64,000 bases of DNA, taken from Ancylonema sp. Lineage: Eukaryota. Below the pieces are notes generated by a model, which saw nothing but the letters and a program-made list of their open reading frames with translations, was not told where the DNA came from and ran no database searches. Positions 63,022 to 64,000 of the stretch are shown piece after piece (positions within the stretch are counted from its first letter, which is position 1; each line of letters opens with the position of its first letter). Made by a program: the position numbers and the translations under genes. The stretch is from assembly GCA_050230475.1 (NCBI GenBank), contig JBFLGF010000130.1, positions 1-64,000 of the forward strand. Reading direction: 5' to 3'.

Positions 63022-64000
63022 CTGCAGATCAATATTGGCAACGATCGGTTTGGCACAAAGAGATCGGTCTTGTAAGCTTGATTGAATATTGCGCTGAAGT
63101 CGCTCGATAGCTACTCTGTACCATTCAACGTATGTACAAAAGTAGCATTGACTCGAGGAAAAGAAGATTCAATCTGTACAGCTGATAGGCCACCTGTTCT
63201 TATATTGAAATATGGCGAGAATCGTCAAGGGTAATGGTGTCAGAATAGTTCAGGTAGAGGCGAGGCGAGTTTGTGATTCGTGTATTGTAAAGTGTATCCA
63301 TACATTTTAATACGCTTTTTAATATGCACACTCGTACCTATAATCATGTATAGATTCAAGTGTTCATATGCATGCACTTCAACAAAAACACATATTTATC
63401 GCATGCCGACGTGGCAGCGTACTTTAAACTTTAAGGATGACTGACACATTGAATTGGCAGCTCTTGCCCTTCTGTTTCTACGTGTGAATTCCTTGTTTGA
63501 CATTAAGCTGGACCTTTCTCAGCTTTTCCAGAGTTGAATAGGCAACATGGAGATGAGATCCAGCAAACCGCAATTTTTTTCTCGAATCTGGTTGTGAGAC
63601 GAGGAAGCTTTGTGGCAGAAGCTACAGCTACATGGCTATTCATACAGCCAATTTGTTGTTGTTGTTGTTGTCGTTTAATTCAATACTTCAGTAGCTCTGA
63701 AGCATTTTCGATCAGGGCAGTTGGACGCACCTTGTCTCTTGGAAGATATTCTAATGCAACTACAGTTCTCTGTGGCGGACTGTCGTGTTTGAAGACAAGT
63801 GCTGGACTCACGCACTGGACACCAGGTAAAGCTTCCTGCGTGTGTGGCAGCCATGTGAGCTTTTCGAGCACTGGGCAGCAGCACAGCATGATACCGTACA
63901 CCGAGTCCGAGTTTGTTCCGAACCGCACATGCTGCACCGACACAGCATGTGCTGAATTGTACACATACAAAATATGCAAATCATGAAGGTAAGTTTAGGA

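Overview
Eukaryotic nuclear DNA from a green-lineage organism, most likely a streptophyte alga (inferred from plant-type proteins, short GT-AG exons and introns full of microsatellites). I can reconstruct 11 genes exon by exon: PLP3/phosducin-like (-), a GDPD-family phosphodiesterase (+), N-myristoyltransferase (+), anthranilate synthase beta (+), a clade-F PP2C (-), a 5'-truncated ClpR3 with duplicated exons (-), RPN5 (+), YAF9-like YEATS (+), an RPRD/CID protein (+), a chloroplast RNP (+) and a small PDZ protein (-). A 5'-truncated second NMT copy is also present. Between the genes lie TE remnants: a Copia-like LTR with PBS, a Gypsy integrase fragment, a CRE-like non-LTR fragment, a Tc1/pogo-type MITE and a PIF/Harbinger-type non-autonomous element. 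Four oddities stand out. (1) The start of RPN5 is a retrotransposon integrase motif ([17 protein letters not shown], 13/17 identical to the integrase fragment 6 kb away), fused in frame. (2) ClpR3 and the NMT fragment form a complex rearrangement with an in-frame chimeric exon and a 29-bp micro-inversion at the breakpoint. (3) The two NMT copies switch abruptly from diverged to identical. (4) RPN5 and GDPD each carry a single in-frame TAG in an otherwise intact exon. All alignments and splice models were made by eye.
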